DNA of 64,000 nucleotides from an uncultured Planctomycetaceae bacterium (GCA_963785305.1 CAWAUV010000002.1:128001-192000), one strand, 5' to 3'; numbered from the stretch's first letter, positions 39,876 to 51,737 are shown. Translations and numbers: made by a program. Notes: generated by a model not told the origin, from the letters alone.

Positions 39876-40433
39876 CTAGAACTCGCGAGCGCCGTGCCAA
39901 TCGCCCGGGCCGATTGCCGGCGGCGGCGCCACTTGGCGCACGGACCGCTCGAGCGGAGCCGGCCGCGGCCCAACCAGGGGGAACCCAGCGGCGGGCTGCC
40001 CGATCGCGGGAGACGGGTCGCGCGGCGTCGGATCGTCGGCGTACACCGGCTCCGAAATCCAGCGGTTCGGGCCGGCCTGATACGATCGCTGCCCGACGGA
40101 TTGCCGGATTGGATAAGGCAAGGGATAGCCCCAAATATCGCCGGGAATCATGGGCCAAGCCTCGAATGCTCCGGGATAAAACGAGCTAATGCCGGTCCAT
40201 CGCCAGCGCATTTGCTGATTGAGATCGATCTGGCGATTGATTTGCGACATTCGCAGGGCTTCGCGTTGGTAGTACGCGTCGCGACCGGCGTCGAGCGACG
40301 TGTAATTGCTCCGCTCGACCGGCGCGGCGACTTGGGCCTGGCTCGCGCTGGGCAGACACACGACCGCAATCGCTAAAGCGCCGGCGGCCAGAAGCGAGGC
40401 GTCGCAAGTTCGCGGGCAGGGGCGCACGGTCAT
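39876..40433 (-). CDS. Hypothetical secreted protein
   Basis: Signal peptide (ASQA); Pro/Trp/Tyr-rich. Confidence 0.55.
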   Translation of the reverse strand: MTVRPCPRTCDASLLAAGALAIAVVCLPSASQAQVAAPVERSNYTSLDAGRDAYYQREALRMSQINRQIDLNQQMRWRWTGISSFYPGAFEAWPMIPGDIWGYPLPYPIRQSVGQRSYQAGPNRWISEPVYADDPTPRDPSPAIGQPAAGFPLVGPRPAPLERSVRQVAPPPAIGPGDWHGAREF

Positions 40434-40735
40434 GGCGGCGAATATCCCGAGATGTCATCGAGCGAACCATAGCGCGACGCCTCGCGGTCGCGCAAGCGCC
40501 GTCCCGCCCATCCAGGCATCCTATACTTAGCGAATCGCTTCGCCAATCGCGCCCGGCCGCCAAAGCGCGTGAAATCCGCCGGATTTTCGAGCGACGAATC
40601 CGGGCCAAGGCCGGTAGGCGAAGTCGGGCCGGTGGATTATGATGGAGCTGTCAAAAACGAAAGCAACGGGCGACAGCAAGGCCGATCCCCATTTTTCGGG
40701 GGCGGCGAATCCAATCGGGGGCGGAGAAAAGTTCG

Positions 40736-41305
40736 ATGCACGCTTGGCACGACATCTATATCGACGACGCACAGATCGAACGCGACTTTCCCGTGGTGAT
40801 CGAGGTGCCTCGCGGAAGCAAGAATAAATACGAGCTCGACAAGGAGACCGGCTTCCTGAAGCTCGACCGCGTGCTCTATCGCGCCGTGCATTATCCGGCC
40901 AACTACGGCTTCATTCCCCGCACATTCTGCGACGATGGCGACCCGCTCGACGCGCTCGTGCTCGGTCACGAGCAAGTCTATCCGCTGACGATCGTCGGCG
41001 CCCGGGCGATTGGCGTGATGCGGATGCGCGACGAAAAGGGCATCGACGACAAGATCATCGCCGTGAATATCTACGATCCCGGCTTCAACACCTACACGAA
41101 CCACGATCAATTGCCGGAGCACATGCTCCGCGAGATTCGCCGGTTTTTCCAGGACTATAAGGTGCTGGAAAACAAGCTGGTCGAAGTCGAAGACTTCATG
41201 GGCGCCAAAGAGGCCACGCGCATTGTGCGCGAAGCGTTGGGCCTCTACCGCCAGTTGCGCCGCGGCGAACTGGGCCACGGCGGCATGATGAAGATCGGCC
41301 GCTAG
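40736..41305 (+). CDS. ppa: Inorganic pyrophosphatase (family I)
   Basis: KNKYELDK, YPANYGFIP, DGDPLD, DDKII. Confidence 0.95.
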   Translation: MHAWHDIYIDDAQIERDFPVVIEVPRGSKNKYELDKETGFLKLDRVLYRAVHYPANYGFIPRTFCDDGDPLDALVLGHEQVYPLTIVGARAIGVMRMRDEKGIDDKIIAVNIYDPGFNTYTNHDQLPEHMLREIRRFFQDYKVLENKLVEVEDFMGAKEATRIVREALGLYRQLRRGELGHGGMMKIGR

Positions 41306-41384
41306 AAGCGGCGGCGGGTATTGGCGATCATGTCCTTGGCGCGTTTGCCATGTGCGGTTCCGCCGAGCGTCATTCCCCCCTATG

Positions 41385-41416
41385 CCTGTGCCATGCCCAC
41401 GCTTGTCGTGGGCATG
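41385..41416 (+). repeat. REP palindrome, copy A
   Basis: cctgtgccatgcccacgcttgtcgtgggcatg; identical 32-mer at 63527-63558. Confidence 0.75.
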
Positions 41417-41480
41417 CCGCTTTCATCAACACCCGCAAAGCCGACAAACGCTCGATTCACCTCCACCGTCACGCCAGCCA

Positions 41481-42250
41481 TTAAGCGGCGCGCGAATCTG
41501 GCCGCTGGCCGCGGTCGGCGGAATGACTCCCGGCGGAGCCCGGTGGCACGAGCGGTTGAGCATTTAGCGGAGTCCGCGCCGCGGGCGTTGCGATTGCCCA
41601 ACAGCCGGCGCCGAGCGAGATGCCGGCCAGGAGCGTGGCGGGTGAGTCAGGGAAATAGAGCCCCCGCTGGAGCATCGCCAGCAGGGCAAACACGCCGAAG
41701 AGCCCGCGTCCGCGCGGATACAGCCTGCCGAGCCCAATCGCCAGCGCCGTCGCCACGGCCGCGTGCGGCGCCGCGATCGCCGGCGCTTGGCGGGCCACCT
41801 CTTTGGCCAGCGGCCCTGCCAGCGAGCCTAGCCAAGTAAGCGGTTCGACCACGCTTCGCAGATGCAGCCCCACGGCGGCGCGATTGACGCCATCGGCCAA
41901 TGCCCCCGCGATCAATACCATGAGCGCCACGCGCGCGATCGCCCATCGCCGAGCCTCGTCGAGCGTGGCGGCCAGGAGCAAGATCGCGGCGACCCCGAGG
42001 CCATCGGAAAACAAGTCAGAGAGCCAGATGATTTTACACGCCAGGCCGAGTTCATGGCGGTCGAGCCAAGCACGCGCGTCGTGGCGAGCGGCGGGCCAGA
42101 CCAACGCATGATCCGCGATCACGGCCAGCGCCAGAGCAACGAGCGCGATTGCAAGCCACGACCCCCGCTTGGGCTGCTCGCGCGCATGCGGTCCTGCGCG
42201 AGCAGGGACACATTCGGAGCAGCCGTGTTCAATTCGATTTCGTGAGTCAT
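41481..42250 (-). CDS. PAP2-like membrane protein (frameshifted, degenerate motifs)
   Basis: Multiple TM helices; APHAAVATALAIGL..LYPRGR..LQR..YFP resembles PAP2 motifs. Confidence 0.5.
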
Positions 42251-42323
42251 CGAACCTCGGTAGATGCCGCGATCAAGTGGGCGCCGCTCTTGGAGACGCT
42301 TTTCGCGGCGATCGTTCGCGGCG

Positions 42324-43123
42324 TCAATAGTTGCGATCAGGATCGGCGAAGAAGATATTCAAGATCGAGTTTCGCACTCCCGAGCCCGGCGGAATCGCCT
42401 CGCGACCGTGCCAGCTCTTGCGGCCGATGGAATTCGACACCGCGAAGGCGTAGCCGCTATTGGGCTGAAAGGCGAACTGCTTGACCTTGCGAAATCGCCC
42501 CCGCCAGGAGATGAGGCCCCGGAGCGAGGTGAGCGAGCGCTCGTAGACGGCCGTGCCGAGCTCGAGTTGCGAGCGATCGGCCGGCAAATAGAGCTGCATG
42601 GTCACGATCTTGGCCCGTCCGTCGGGATGGGGCGCGATCTCATAACCTTCGAGATCGCGAAACAGCGAAGGCTTGGTATAGCTCGCGATCTCGCTCACGC
42701 CCTCGCGCGGCACGCCGAAGCGAAACGAGAGATCGGTGGCCAGCTTGCGGAACACGGCCCGCTTGAGCTCCGCGGAGCCAAGGGCTATCGCCACGTCGCT
42801 CCAAAAATGTTGTTGTTCGCCGGGCAAACGGGCAAGCGCCTCGGCCCGCAGCGGCAAGACATCGCGAGTGCTGATGCCTTCGGCCGAGTGATGTTTCGCG
42901 ACCGAAAGCGGCTTGTAGCTCGTCGGAGCCGGCATGAGCCGCATCATGGTTTCGTACACATCCGGAGGAAAGAACCGCTCGACATAAAAATGCGAATACG
43001 GTTTGTCTTCGACCGAAGTGTTTTCGAGTCTCGCGAGCATGTGACCAACCATGGTGCTCGCGAGACTCGGGGCCGAGCGCGAGCGCGCTGGCGCGGCGTA
43101 AAAGGACGAGTGACCGTGGCCAT
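42324..43123 (-). CDS. 2OG-Fe(II) oxygenase-like protein
   Basis: YEIAPHPD (HxD), MQLYLP, SWHG, RNS; start region probably frameshifted. Confidence 0.65.
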
Positions 43124-43636
43124 TGCGAACGCCTCCTTGCAACGGGTGAGCGAAGAATTCGCCCCGAAGACGTTGAAAGACGCTCGCCGAGAGTGTGGCG
43201 GTCTTTCAGTCGCGCGGAGCGTGCGATGATTCGAGGGGAGACCATTTGCGGAGCGAACGGGCGCCGCCCAGCGCGAGCCCCGCGTCTCCCTGGAAACCAT
43301 ATCGACGCCGGCGGCGCAAAACTTAAAATCCACCTAACCGCCACATTTCTCCAGAACGCCGACCGGCGAGGCAGGAGGGCGGACGTGCAGCGCGAAGCGG
43401 CCGGCGACAGGCCCACGCTAGCATGCGCATGCGGGCGAGATTCCCCCCTCACCTGAAAGCTCACGCCCCCGACAAGCTCGGGGCTTGTCGCCCGGCGCTT
43501 CGACGCGGCAGCAGGTTCAGTATTACGCCGCGGCTCTTTGTGTTACTGCTGGAATTCAAAATTTGTTTGGCGAAAATGGCTTTCCATCCGTTCGTGAGCA
43601 ACTCGTCCGAAGAAACGCAAAGCGGAGCCTCGCGCC

Positions 43637-44529
43637 ATGTCTCTTAAAGGCTCTCGCGATTCCATCCGCGATCGGGCATCGGCCGATTACGCGGCAGTCG
43701 TGCTTGAGAGAACGCTTCCAGACCCATCCGTGCGGCGAGCGTTTGAAAGCGTGTTGGCCGAAGCGATCGTATTCGCCCATGAGCAGAATCCCGCATCGTG
43801 GGGGATCACCCTGTACCCGGACAAGCTGCGGCTGAACGTCGGCCAAGTAGAAGTGATCGTTTTGACGAGCGAGGGGATGTATCTGGTCGTCGACGATTCC
43901 GCTGTTACACAGGCAACGAAATCCACCTTCGGTAGCTTTTTGTCCGATGCGGGGATTCATTATCCGAGTGTCCCGTCGCCGCAGATTTGCTGCCGGATTC
44001 CTGATCGGGATTTTTTATTCGCATATCCGGATTTGCGCAACGCGCACTTCGCGTATATCGCACAGGCGGCGAGGCGGAGTACGCCATTTCGGCGGAGTTT
44101 CTCCCCCGGTATTATTCGCTATTTGCGATGCACCACGTCGTGCGACATTCCATTTCCCGCGTACTTCAAAGACGTCCACGGCTCGAACGACGAATCACGT
44201 TCCCCGCGGTTTTACTTCGAAGGGGCGGTGCGCCAAATTACGAGCAAGCGCTATGAGAGGGATTTAAATGCCCGCGCGGCGTGCGTTGCCCACCATGGAG
44301 CGAAATGCTTCGTCTGCGAAATGGATTTCGGTGTCGTCTACGGACCCGACGCGAAGGATTTCATTCACGTCCATCACTTGATGCCGCTGTCTGAACATAA
44401 CGGCGAACATTCAGTCGATCCTGTCAAAGATATGCACCCATCTGCCCAAATTGTCATGCGATCGTCCATTTGGGCGGCCAATGCAGATCTCTTGAAAATG
44501 TGCGGAGCATGTTGCGGCGCGACGGTTGA
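43637..44529 (+). CDS. HNH endonuclease, McrA-like C-terminus (frameshift near 44435)
   Basis: EGAVRQITSKRYERD..CFVC..IHVHHL; CPNCHAIVH is in the next frame. Confidence 0.8.
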
Positions 44530-44952
44530 CGCGCGAGAAAAGCTTATCGCGGCGAATAATGGTGCGGCATGGAATGAAACCGGGACTCGATGGCTCAAAC
44601 GCGCGGTATTGTCGGTCGCGGTTTGTTGGGGGCTGAGCCCATGCTCCTGAGCTTTCGGCTGCGCGTGCTCCTGGGATATCGAGTTTTATTGGCGGAGCGG
44701 GGCGAATGTCTCGGCCATGTCGAGCGGGGGCCGGCGGAATGCGCCGGCCCTCAGGCGGCGCGCGACGGCGCTTCGGCGCGATGCGAGGCGGCGGGCGCCA
44801 CGCTCTCTACCCGCTGATGCGCCACGAGCCTGAAGCGCTTCAAGCTGGGGTGTTTCCCGAGCAAGGTCGGGCGAGGAGTCGATCCGAGAACACTTTGGCC
44901 GTGCCCTGTCGGCGATCACCTGCTCGCTGGCAGGAGCCGCGGGAACGTCACG

Positions 44953-45699
44953 TCAGCGGATCGCCGGGGTGGGGGTCGTTACGACGCGCGTGCCGCCGGG
45001 TGGGGTGATCGGCATTCCGCCGGCCGCCATTTGCAGCGAGGCCACGCGCTGGGCCACTTGCGGTTGATAATGGTTGATCGCCAGCGAACGCTGGTAATTG
45101 GCCATCGCCTGCGCCGTGTCGCCCGATTCCTCGCGCAGCTTGCCCAGCGCCGCATAGGCCCGCGCATTGTTCGGCTCGACTTCGAGCGAACTTTGCAACT
45201 GCTGCCGGGCGGCGTCCTTGTTGCCCGATTCGTCGTAGAGTCGGGCCAGTTCGATCTTGGGCGCGGCGATCGTCGGGCTGCGCTGCTCCCAGTTTTGCAC
45301 CAACTGAAACGCCTCGGGGCTCCGATTGTCTTCGACCAAGAGCACCGCCAGGCCGCGGTAGCAGTCCTGATGGTTCGGGTCGCGATCGAGACACTGGTGA
45401 TAATAGCTTTCGGCTTGCTGAATATCCGACTTGTCGTTGTGCAGCCGGCCGAGCCGATGGTAGGTGGCGCCGAGATTGTAATAGGCGTCGGCGTTGTTCG
45501 GATTGCTGGCCAGCGATTGATGGAATCGCTCGAGCGCGCCTTGATAGTAGGCTTGCTGGTACATGGTCACGCCCTCGGCGTTTTGCGCGTGGGAAATCAC
45601 GCCGCAACCGGCGCAACACACCAACCCACAGCCGACGAGAGCGCCGACCACGAGCGAGCAAGCGCGAACCGAGAATCGAGTTCCGAACGGGACCGACAT
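44953..45699 (-). CDS. Tetratricopeptide repeat lipoprotein
   Basis: Lipobox-like CAGC; TPR motifs (NPNNADAYYNLG, EPNNARAYAALG). Confidence 0.85.
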   Translation of the reverse strand: MSVPFGTRFSVRACSLVVGALVGCGLVCCAGCGVISHAQNAEGVTMYQQAYYQGALERFHQSLASNPNNADAYYNLGATYHRLGRLHNDKSDIQQAESYYHQCLDRDPNHQDCYRGLAVLLVEDNRSPEAFQLVQNWEQRSPTIAAPKIELARLYDESGNKDAARQQLQSSLEVEPNNARAYAALGKLREESGDTAQAMANYQRSLAINHYQPQVAQRVASLQMAAGGMPITPPGGTRVVTTPTPAIR

Positions 45700-45894
45700 G
45701 CCATTACCTTGGCGCCGAATAGAGGCAAAGAAAGGAGTCGAGCGGCGGACAATACCGGCGAGCCGGTCCAAACCGCAAGAGCAGTTTTTTGCGACTGCCC
45801 GAGCGACTACACTAGGGGAAACCTTTGCCCCCGACTTTGGGCCCCCGCCGCCACGCTCGAAACATCGTCCGCGACACACCGCACAGGCACGACT

Positions 45895-47169
45895 ATGAAT
45901 TGCTTCTCCCGACTTTCGCCCGCCGGCGATCGTGTCTATTGGCGAATCGCCCCCATGCTCGTCGCGGTCGCAAGCCTGGCGCTCGCGGCGACCGGCGTGG
46001 CCAGGGCCGAGGATTGGCCATGCTGGCGTGGCCCGCGCGGCGATGGCTCGAGCCTGGAACCGCAAATTCCCATGCACTGGAGCGCCGAGGAGAACATCGC
46101 CTGGAGCTCGCCGATTCCGGGCCGCGGCCATGCTTCGCCGATCGTGTGGCGCGACCGCATCTTCGTCGTGTCGTGTCTCGAAGAATCCCAGGAGCGGATT
46201 CTGCTGTGCTTTGACCGCGCCAGTGGGCGCCAGCTTTGGCAAACCGTGGTGCTCAAGAGCCCGCTCGAAAAGAAGCATCAACTCAATAGCTTCGCCTCGA
46301 GCACGCCAGCCACCGACGGCGAGCGAGTCTATGTCACGTTTCTCGATCGCGCCGAAATGGTGGTGGCGGCCTATGACTTCGCCGGCAAAGAAGTCTGGAA
46401 TGTGCGGCCGGGGCCGTTTTCCAGCGTGCATGGTTATTGCAGTTGCCCGGTGCTGTTCGAAAACGAAGTGATCGTCAACGGCGACCACGATGGCGACGCG
46501 TATCTCGTGGCCCTCGACCGAGCCGACGGCCACACGCTCTGGAAAACGCCGCGCGAAAACAAAACCCGCAGCTATTCGACGCCCATTATTCGCGAGATCG
46601 ACGGGCGCACGCAAATGATCCTCGGCGGGTCGAAGTGCGTGGCGAGTTACGATCCGCGCACCGGCGCCCGCCACTGGATCATTCAAGGCCCGACCGAGCA
46701 GTTCGTGGCCTCGGTGGTGTACAACGGCAAGTTCCTGTTTCTCACCGCCGGCTTTCCCGAGCGCCACATGCTCGCGATTCGGCCCGACGGCCACGGCGAC
46801 GTGACCGATTCGCATATTGCCTGGCGCACGAAGAAAGGCGCGGCCTATGTGCCGTCGCCGATCTCGGTGGGTGATTACTTTTTGGCGGTGTCCGACGACG
46901 GGATTGCCAGTTGCTTTCTCGCCGACAGCGGCGCGAGGCAGTGGACCGAGCGCATCGGCACGCATTTCAGCGCCTCGGCCATCTCGTGGAACGGTCTCGC
47001 GTTTTTCACCAATGACGACGGCAAGACCACGATCATTCGTCCGGGCCCAAAGCTCGACATCGTGGCTGAAAACTCGCTGGGCGAGCCAATTCAGGCTTCG
47101 CCGGCGGTGAGCGATGGCCATATCTATATGCGGGCCCCCTCGCGGCTGTTCGCCATTGGCGAGAAGTAA
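45895..47169 (+). CDS. PQQ-binding-like beta-propeller protein
   Basis: AEDWPCWRGPRGDG, GHASPIV, ASSTPATDG, SYSTP, YVPSP, ASPAVSDG. Confidence 0.88.
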   Translation: MNCFSRLSPAGDRVYWRIAPMLVAVASLALAATGVARAEDWPCWRGPRGDGSSLEPQIPMHWSAEENIAWSSPIPGRGHASPIVWRDRIFVVSCLEESQERILLCFDRASGRQLWQTVVLKSPLEKKHQLNSFASSTPATDGERVYVTFLDRAEMVVAAYDFAGKEVWNVRPGPFSSVHGYCSCPVLFENEVIVNGDHDGDAYLVALDRADGHTLWKTPRENKTRSYSTPIIREIDGRTQMILGGSKCVASYDPRTGARHWIIQGPTEQFVASVVYNGKFLFLTAGFPERHMLAIRPDGHGDVTDSHIAWRTKKGAAYVPSPISVGDYFLAVSDDGIASCFLADSGARQWTERIGTHFSASAISWNGLAFFTNDDGKTTIIRPGPKLDIVAENSLGEPIQASPAVSDGHIYMRAPSRLFAIGEK

Positions 47170-47193
47170 CGCCGCGCGACGCGAACGCGAGTT

Positions 47194-48162
47194 TTGTTCG
47201 AGCGTTTCATTCGACCCTTCGGTCCAGCCCCAGACTCTCGCATGCGATCCAGCCTCGGTTGGCCGATAACGCTCGGCGTCGTGATGATCGTGCTCGTGGT
47301 GGCGCTGATTGTCGGCTGGGTGCTTCTGACCGTGGGCCAGGCCGATAAGTCGGCCATGTATTGGGTGATGCTGGCCGTGGGCGCCAGTTTCTTGGTGCTG
47401 GTGCTGGTGGGCGTGGTGCTGTATTTGCTGATCTCCGTGCGCGAGATTCGCCTCAACCAGCGGCAATCGAACTTTATCGACAGCGTGACCCATGAACTGA
47501 AGAGCCCGCTGGCCTCGCTCAAGCTGTATTTGCAAACACTCACCCGGCGAAGCGTGACCGAAGGCCAGCGAGCCGACTTCTATCGCTTCATGCTCGACGA
47601 TCTCGAACGGCTCGACACGTTGATCAATCACATGCTCGACGCGGCCCGGGTCGATCAACTGCCGACGCGAGACGACCTCGCGGTGGTCGACCTGGCCGAA
47701 ATGTTGCGGAGCTGCGCCGAGACGGTTCGCGTGCGTTACCACTTGCCCACCGATGCGATCCGCGTCAGGCTCGTCCCGGCGGCGGTGCGGGCACGGCCGA
47801 TCGATGTGGAAATGATTTTTCGCAACCTGATCGACAACGCCGTGAAATATGGCGGCAATCCGCCGCAGGTCGAGATCGAGCTCGCGCCGGCGGCCGACGA
47901 CCGAGCGCTCGCCCGCATTAGCGACAATGGGCCCGGCATTCCGCCCAAGCTGCGTCGCAAGATCTTCGGCCGCTTCGTGCGCCTGGGCAACGAGCTCGAG
48001 CGCAAGCAGTCGGGCACCGGTTTGGGCCTGTTTATCGTGCGCACTCTCGTGCGGCGCCTGCATGGAGAAATCGCGGTGGGTGATCGGGCGGGCGCCTCGG
48101 GGGCCGTGTTCGAAGTGCGCCTGCCCACGGTGAGGCCGCCGGCCCGCGCCGAACTGCCTTGA
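47194..48162 (+). CDS. Membrane sensor histidine kinase
   Basis: Two TM helices, VTHELKSPL, NLIDNAVKY, DNGPGI, GTGLGL. Confidence 0.92.
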   Translation: MFERFIRPFGPAPDSRMRSSLGWPITLGVVMIVLVVALIVGWVLLTVGQADKSAMYWVMLAVGASFLVLVLVGVVLYLLISVREIRLNQRQSNFIDSVTHELKSPLASLKLYLQTLTRRSVTEGQRADFYRFMLDDLERLDTLINHMLDAARVDQLPTRDDLAVVDLAEMLRSCAETVRVRYHLPTDAIRVRLVPAAVRARPIDVEMIFRNLIDNAVKYGGNPPQVEIELAPAADDRALARISDNGPGIPPKLRRKIFGRFVRLGNELERKQSGTGLGLFIVRTLVRRLHGEIAVGDRAGASGAVFEVRLPTVRPPARAELP

Positions 48163-48287
48163 GTCGGACCGAATTCTCGTCGACAATACACATGGTTCGC
48201 TCGCGAACAATTGAAAGCCGCTTGCCCGCGAACGAGGGCGCTTCGCGCCGCAAGACGCCGGACTTTCCCCTGACCGCGATTTTCGCC

Positions 48288-49094
48288 ATGAAACGCATTT
48301 TGGTTGTCGAAGACGAAGAGCATCTGGCCATCGGCATCAAATACAATCTTGAAGCCGAAGGCTACGATGTCGATACCGTGGGCGATGGCCGGGCGGCGAT
48401 CGAACGTTTTAATTCCGATCCCCAAGGCTTCGATCTCGTGATCCTCGACCTGATGCTGCCCGGCATGAGCGGCTACGCCGTGTGCGAAACCCTGCGCAAC
48501 GAAGGCAAGCAAGCGCCGATCCTAATGCTCAGCGCCCGCACCTTGGTCGAAGATCGGATTCGCGGCTACGATGTGGGCGCCGATCAGTATCTGCAGAAGC
48601 CGTTCGAGCTCGACGAGCTCTTGAGCATGACGCGCAACCTACTCTCGCGCCGGGCGCTCGCGCCGGCCGCGCCGGTCGTTTCCGCCGTCGGGCCCGAATA
48701 CGCGTTCGGCCGAGCCATCGTCAATTTCGATACCTTCGAAGTCTCGGTGGCCGACCGGTCGCTGCGGCTCACGCACACCGAAATCAAGCTGCTGCGATAT
48801 TTCGTCGAAAACGAAGGGGTGGTTGTCACCCGGGCCCAATTGTTGGAAAACGTGTGGGGCATGAGCCACATTCCCACGACCCGCACAGTGGACAATTTTA
48901 TCGTCAACCTGCGCAAATATTTCGAGATCGACCCGGCCCGGCCACGACATTTCCTGAGCGTGCGCGGGGCCGGCTATCGGTTTATCGCCAGCCCGGTCGA
49001 GGCCGAGTCGGTGGAATCCGGCGCCGCGAGCGCCGAGGAGCCGCTTGGCAATGCGCCCCCCGGCGGTGAATCACCCTCCAAGGAGAATGGATGA
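48288..49094 (+). CDS. OmpR-family response regulator
   Basis: ILVVEDE, LDLMLP, KPF, TRTVDNFI..LRKY, VRGAGY. Confidence 0.92.
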   Translation: MKRILVVEDEEHLAIGIKYNLEAEGYDVDTVGDGRAAIERFNSDPQGFDLVILDLMLPGMSGYAVCETLRNEGKQAPILMLSARTLVEDRIRGYDVGADQYLQKPFELDELLSMTRNLLSRRALAPAAPVVSAVGPEYAFGRAIVNFDTFEVSVADRSLRLTHTEIKLLRYFVENEGVVVTRAQLLENVWGMSHIPTTRTVDNFIVNLRKYFEIDPARPRHFLSVRGAGYRFIASPVEAESVESGAASAEEPLGNAPPGGESPSKENG

Positions 49095-49745
49095 ACGTAT
49101 CGGTATCCGATGACTCGCTCGCCGCGGCGCTCGAGCGACATGGCGTCGAACTCGAAGTCGGCCAGCGAGACAATCTCCAGCGCTACTGCGAAGCGCTCTG
49201 GGACTGGAACACCAAGCTCAACCTCACCCGGCACACCGACTACGAAAAATTCGTGGCTCGCGATGTGATCGACTGCGTGCAGCTCGAACGGCTGCTCGAC
49301 GCGGGCGAGCGCGTGATCGATGTGGGCTCCGGCGGCGGGGCGCCGGGCGCGGTGCTCGCGATTTTGCGACCCGATTTGGAGGTGTCGCTCACCGAGTCGA
49401 TGGCCAAGAAGGCCAAAGCGCTCGAAGCGATCGTGCGGGCGGCGGCCATTGAAGCCACGGTGCATCACGCCCGAGCCGAGACGCTGCTCGAAGCGGGAGA
49501 ATACGACACCGTGGTGGCGCGAGCCGTGGCCCCGCTTTCGAAGCTGCTCACCTGGTTCGCGCCCCACTGGGATTCGTTCCAGCGGCTCTTGGTCTTCAAA
49601 GGACCGGCTTGGGTCGAGGAACGCCGACTTGCGCGAGGCCGGGCTCATGCGCGGGCTGAAGCTTCGCAAGGCGGCAACCTATCCGCTGGCCGGTTCCGAC
49701 GCCGAAAGCGTGATCTTGTGCATCGAGCGGCAAGACGGCGATTGA
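49091..49745 (+). CDS. rsmG: 16S rRNA (guanine527-N7) methyltransferase (frameshift near 49628)
   Basis: WNTKLNLTR, DVGSGGGAPG, ARAE, VARAVAP, KG. Confidence 0.88.
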
Positions 49746-49787
49746 GCCTTCTGGGCGGGGCCTCGAAGATATCAATTCGCCCGAAAC

Positions 49788-51377
49788 TCAACCTTCGCCA
49801 GGGGCGACCAATCCGCCGGTGAAATCCTCGTCGTGGGCGGCGTGGCCGGCGAGCACATCGGCTTGGTAACCGCCCTTGGACTTGAAGTAGCCGAGCAGCA
49901 TCAGATAGCACACGAACATGATGCAGGGCAAAATCGCCACATAAGCCAGCGCCTGCTTCTTCGAGCCGTCTTGAATGCCGGTGACGATTTCTTGATCCGC
50001 TTTCGGTAGCTCTTTGAGCTTGGCGTCGTCGACGGAAGCGTACTCGCCGAACAGACCGTTTTTCTCCGCGATCACCTGCTCGCAAATCTTGGGATCTTGC
50101 TGCTTAAGGTCGCGCACCGAGATGTGATCTTGCAGGTTGCCCAAGAACACGGAGCCGATCACGCCCACGCCGAGCATGCCGACGCCGGCGATCGCGTTCA
50201 GGGTGAGGGCGCCGCCTTTGGGAAACTGCTCGGCCACGACTCCAAGCGTCGTGGGCCAGAAGAATGTCTTGCCGAAGCCGTAGAGCGTGGCGGCGGCGAG
50301 AATCATCGCGCCCTCGGCCTTGGACAGCGATAAGAGTCCCGCCGCGGCAACCAGGGCGCTGACGGCCAATAGCCCCAGCGGCGAAATCTTATGCACGATC
50401 GAGCCCGCGCAGAATCGCAGGATCATCATGATGGTCGAGGTATAAATCAGCACCCAGCCGGCGTCGTGTCCCAGGGCTTCCATGGCCGGCTTCATGAGAT
50501 CCGTCATCCAGCTATCGGTGCCGAGCTCCGTGGTGGCCAGCGGAATCATTACCAGCATCAAGAAAATAAACATCGGCCGGCCCAGCGAGAGCGTGTAAAG
50601 ACCGAAGCCGAGCGTGCATGTCGCCAATGATCGCGCCCGGAAGTAGGGCGAAATCAGCAGGTTTTGCAGCAAGGGACTGCTGGAGTGCTCAAGATCGAGC
50701 ATGCCATGGGCCACGCGAGTCGCTTCCATCACGACCAGCCCGCTCACGATGAGCGCCCCGACCGCGCCAAACTCGCGAAGCATGTCCTTGTAGCTCACGC
50801 CCGCCGCCACGCGCTCGTTCACCGGGAAGCGGCAGCCAAGCATCAACAGCCCATAGCCAATGACCGGAATCAGAATCAACGCGACCTTATACTGCCAGAT
50901 CGCCGCATCGCCCCACACTCGGGTCATGCCGATCGTCAGCAGGCCGCCGAGCACCAAGCCGCCGGGCCATGCGGCATGCAGAATATTGAGCCACTTGGTC
51001 TTCTCTTTGGGAAAGAGCGTGGCGGTCACGGGATTGATCACCGCTTCGACCGTGCCGTTGCCCAACGCCACGATCACATTGCCGATGTAAAGCCCGGTGT
51101 AGCCCTTGGCCGTGATGGTGACGATCGCCGACGCAACGTGGCAGATAAACGCGAACACCATCGCCTTGCCGTAGCCGATGCGGTCGATCACGAGGCTGAA
51201 CAGCACGATGCTGATGGCGAACGGCCAGAGCCCGGCGCCAAAGATTTCGCCCTTTTGGGTGGAGCTCAAATTGAATTCCGTGGCCCATTGGTCGATGACC
51301 ATGCCACGGATCGTAAAACCAAACGCCGTGGCGATCAACGACAGCCAGCAGGCCCAAAACAATCTGCGCTCGTTCAT
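49788..51377 (-). CDS. MFS transporter
   Basis: About 12 TM helices, DRIGYG, GNGTVEAVINP, FFWPT. Confidence 0.88.
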   Translation of the reverse strand: MNERRLFWACWLSLIATAFGFTIRGMVIDQWATEFNLSSTQKGEIFGAGLWPFAISIVLFSLVIDRIGYGKAMVFAFICHVASAIVTITAKGYTGLYIGNVIVALGNGTVEAVINPVTATLFPKEKTKWLNILHAAWPGGLVLGGLLTIGMTRVWGDAAIWQYKVALILIPVIGYGLLMLGCRFPVNERVAAGVSYKDMLREFGAVGALIVSGLVVMEATRVAHGMLDLEHSSSPLLQNLLISPYFRARSLATCTLGFGLYTLSLGRPMFIFLMLVMIPLATTELGTDSWMTDLMKPAMEALGHDAGWVLIYTSTIMMILRFCAGSIVHKISPLGLLAVSALVAAAGLLSLSKAEGAMILAAATLYGFGKTFFWPTTLGVVAEQFPKGGALTLNAIAGVGMLGVGVIGSVFLGNLQDHISVRDLKQQDPKICEQVIAEKNGLFGEYASVDDAKLKELPKADQEIVTGIQDGSKKQALAYVAILPCIMFVCYLMLLGYFKSKGGYQADVLAGHAAHDEDFTGGLVAPGEG

Positions 51378-51737
51378 GGAAGTTATCCGCCTTGTTGACT
51401 CTCGTTGGTGGGTATTGGGGAGCTGCGCGGCGCGAGGCCCGGTTCGAATCGCTTCCTACAGTGCTTGCCGCCGCTCGCGAAGGCAAGTCGCTCGCAGCGC
51501 CCGGGCCGTGAGAAGCATCGAGTATACAAGTGAAAACCGCGAAGTAAACGGAGCGAATCCGGCGAAGTCTGGTAAATCGCCGAATTCGCGCGAAGCCGCC
51601 CTCGCGCCGACGGAAAATCGAGCACGGTTTTCCAGCGAGAGCGTCGCGCGTTCGCGACGCGTTGTTCACGAATTTCGCGCCGTGAATCGGCCGCTGGACT
51701 TGCCTTGGCGCCGCGCGAGCCATATGCTTTCAGAGAC

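Noticed and set aside
44953..48210. 1085-aa minus-strand ORF
   Set aside because: Only the last ~248 aa (TPR protein) look real; the rest is antisense to the PQQ and kinase genes.
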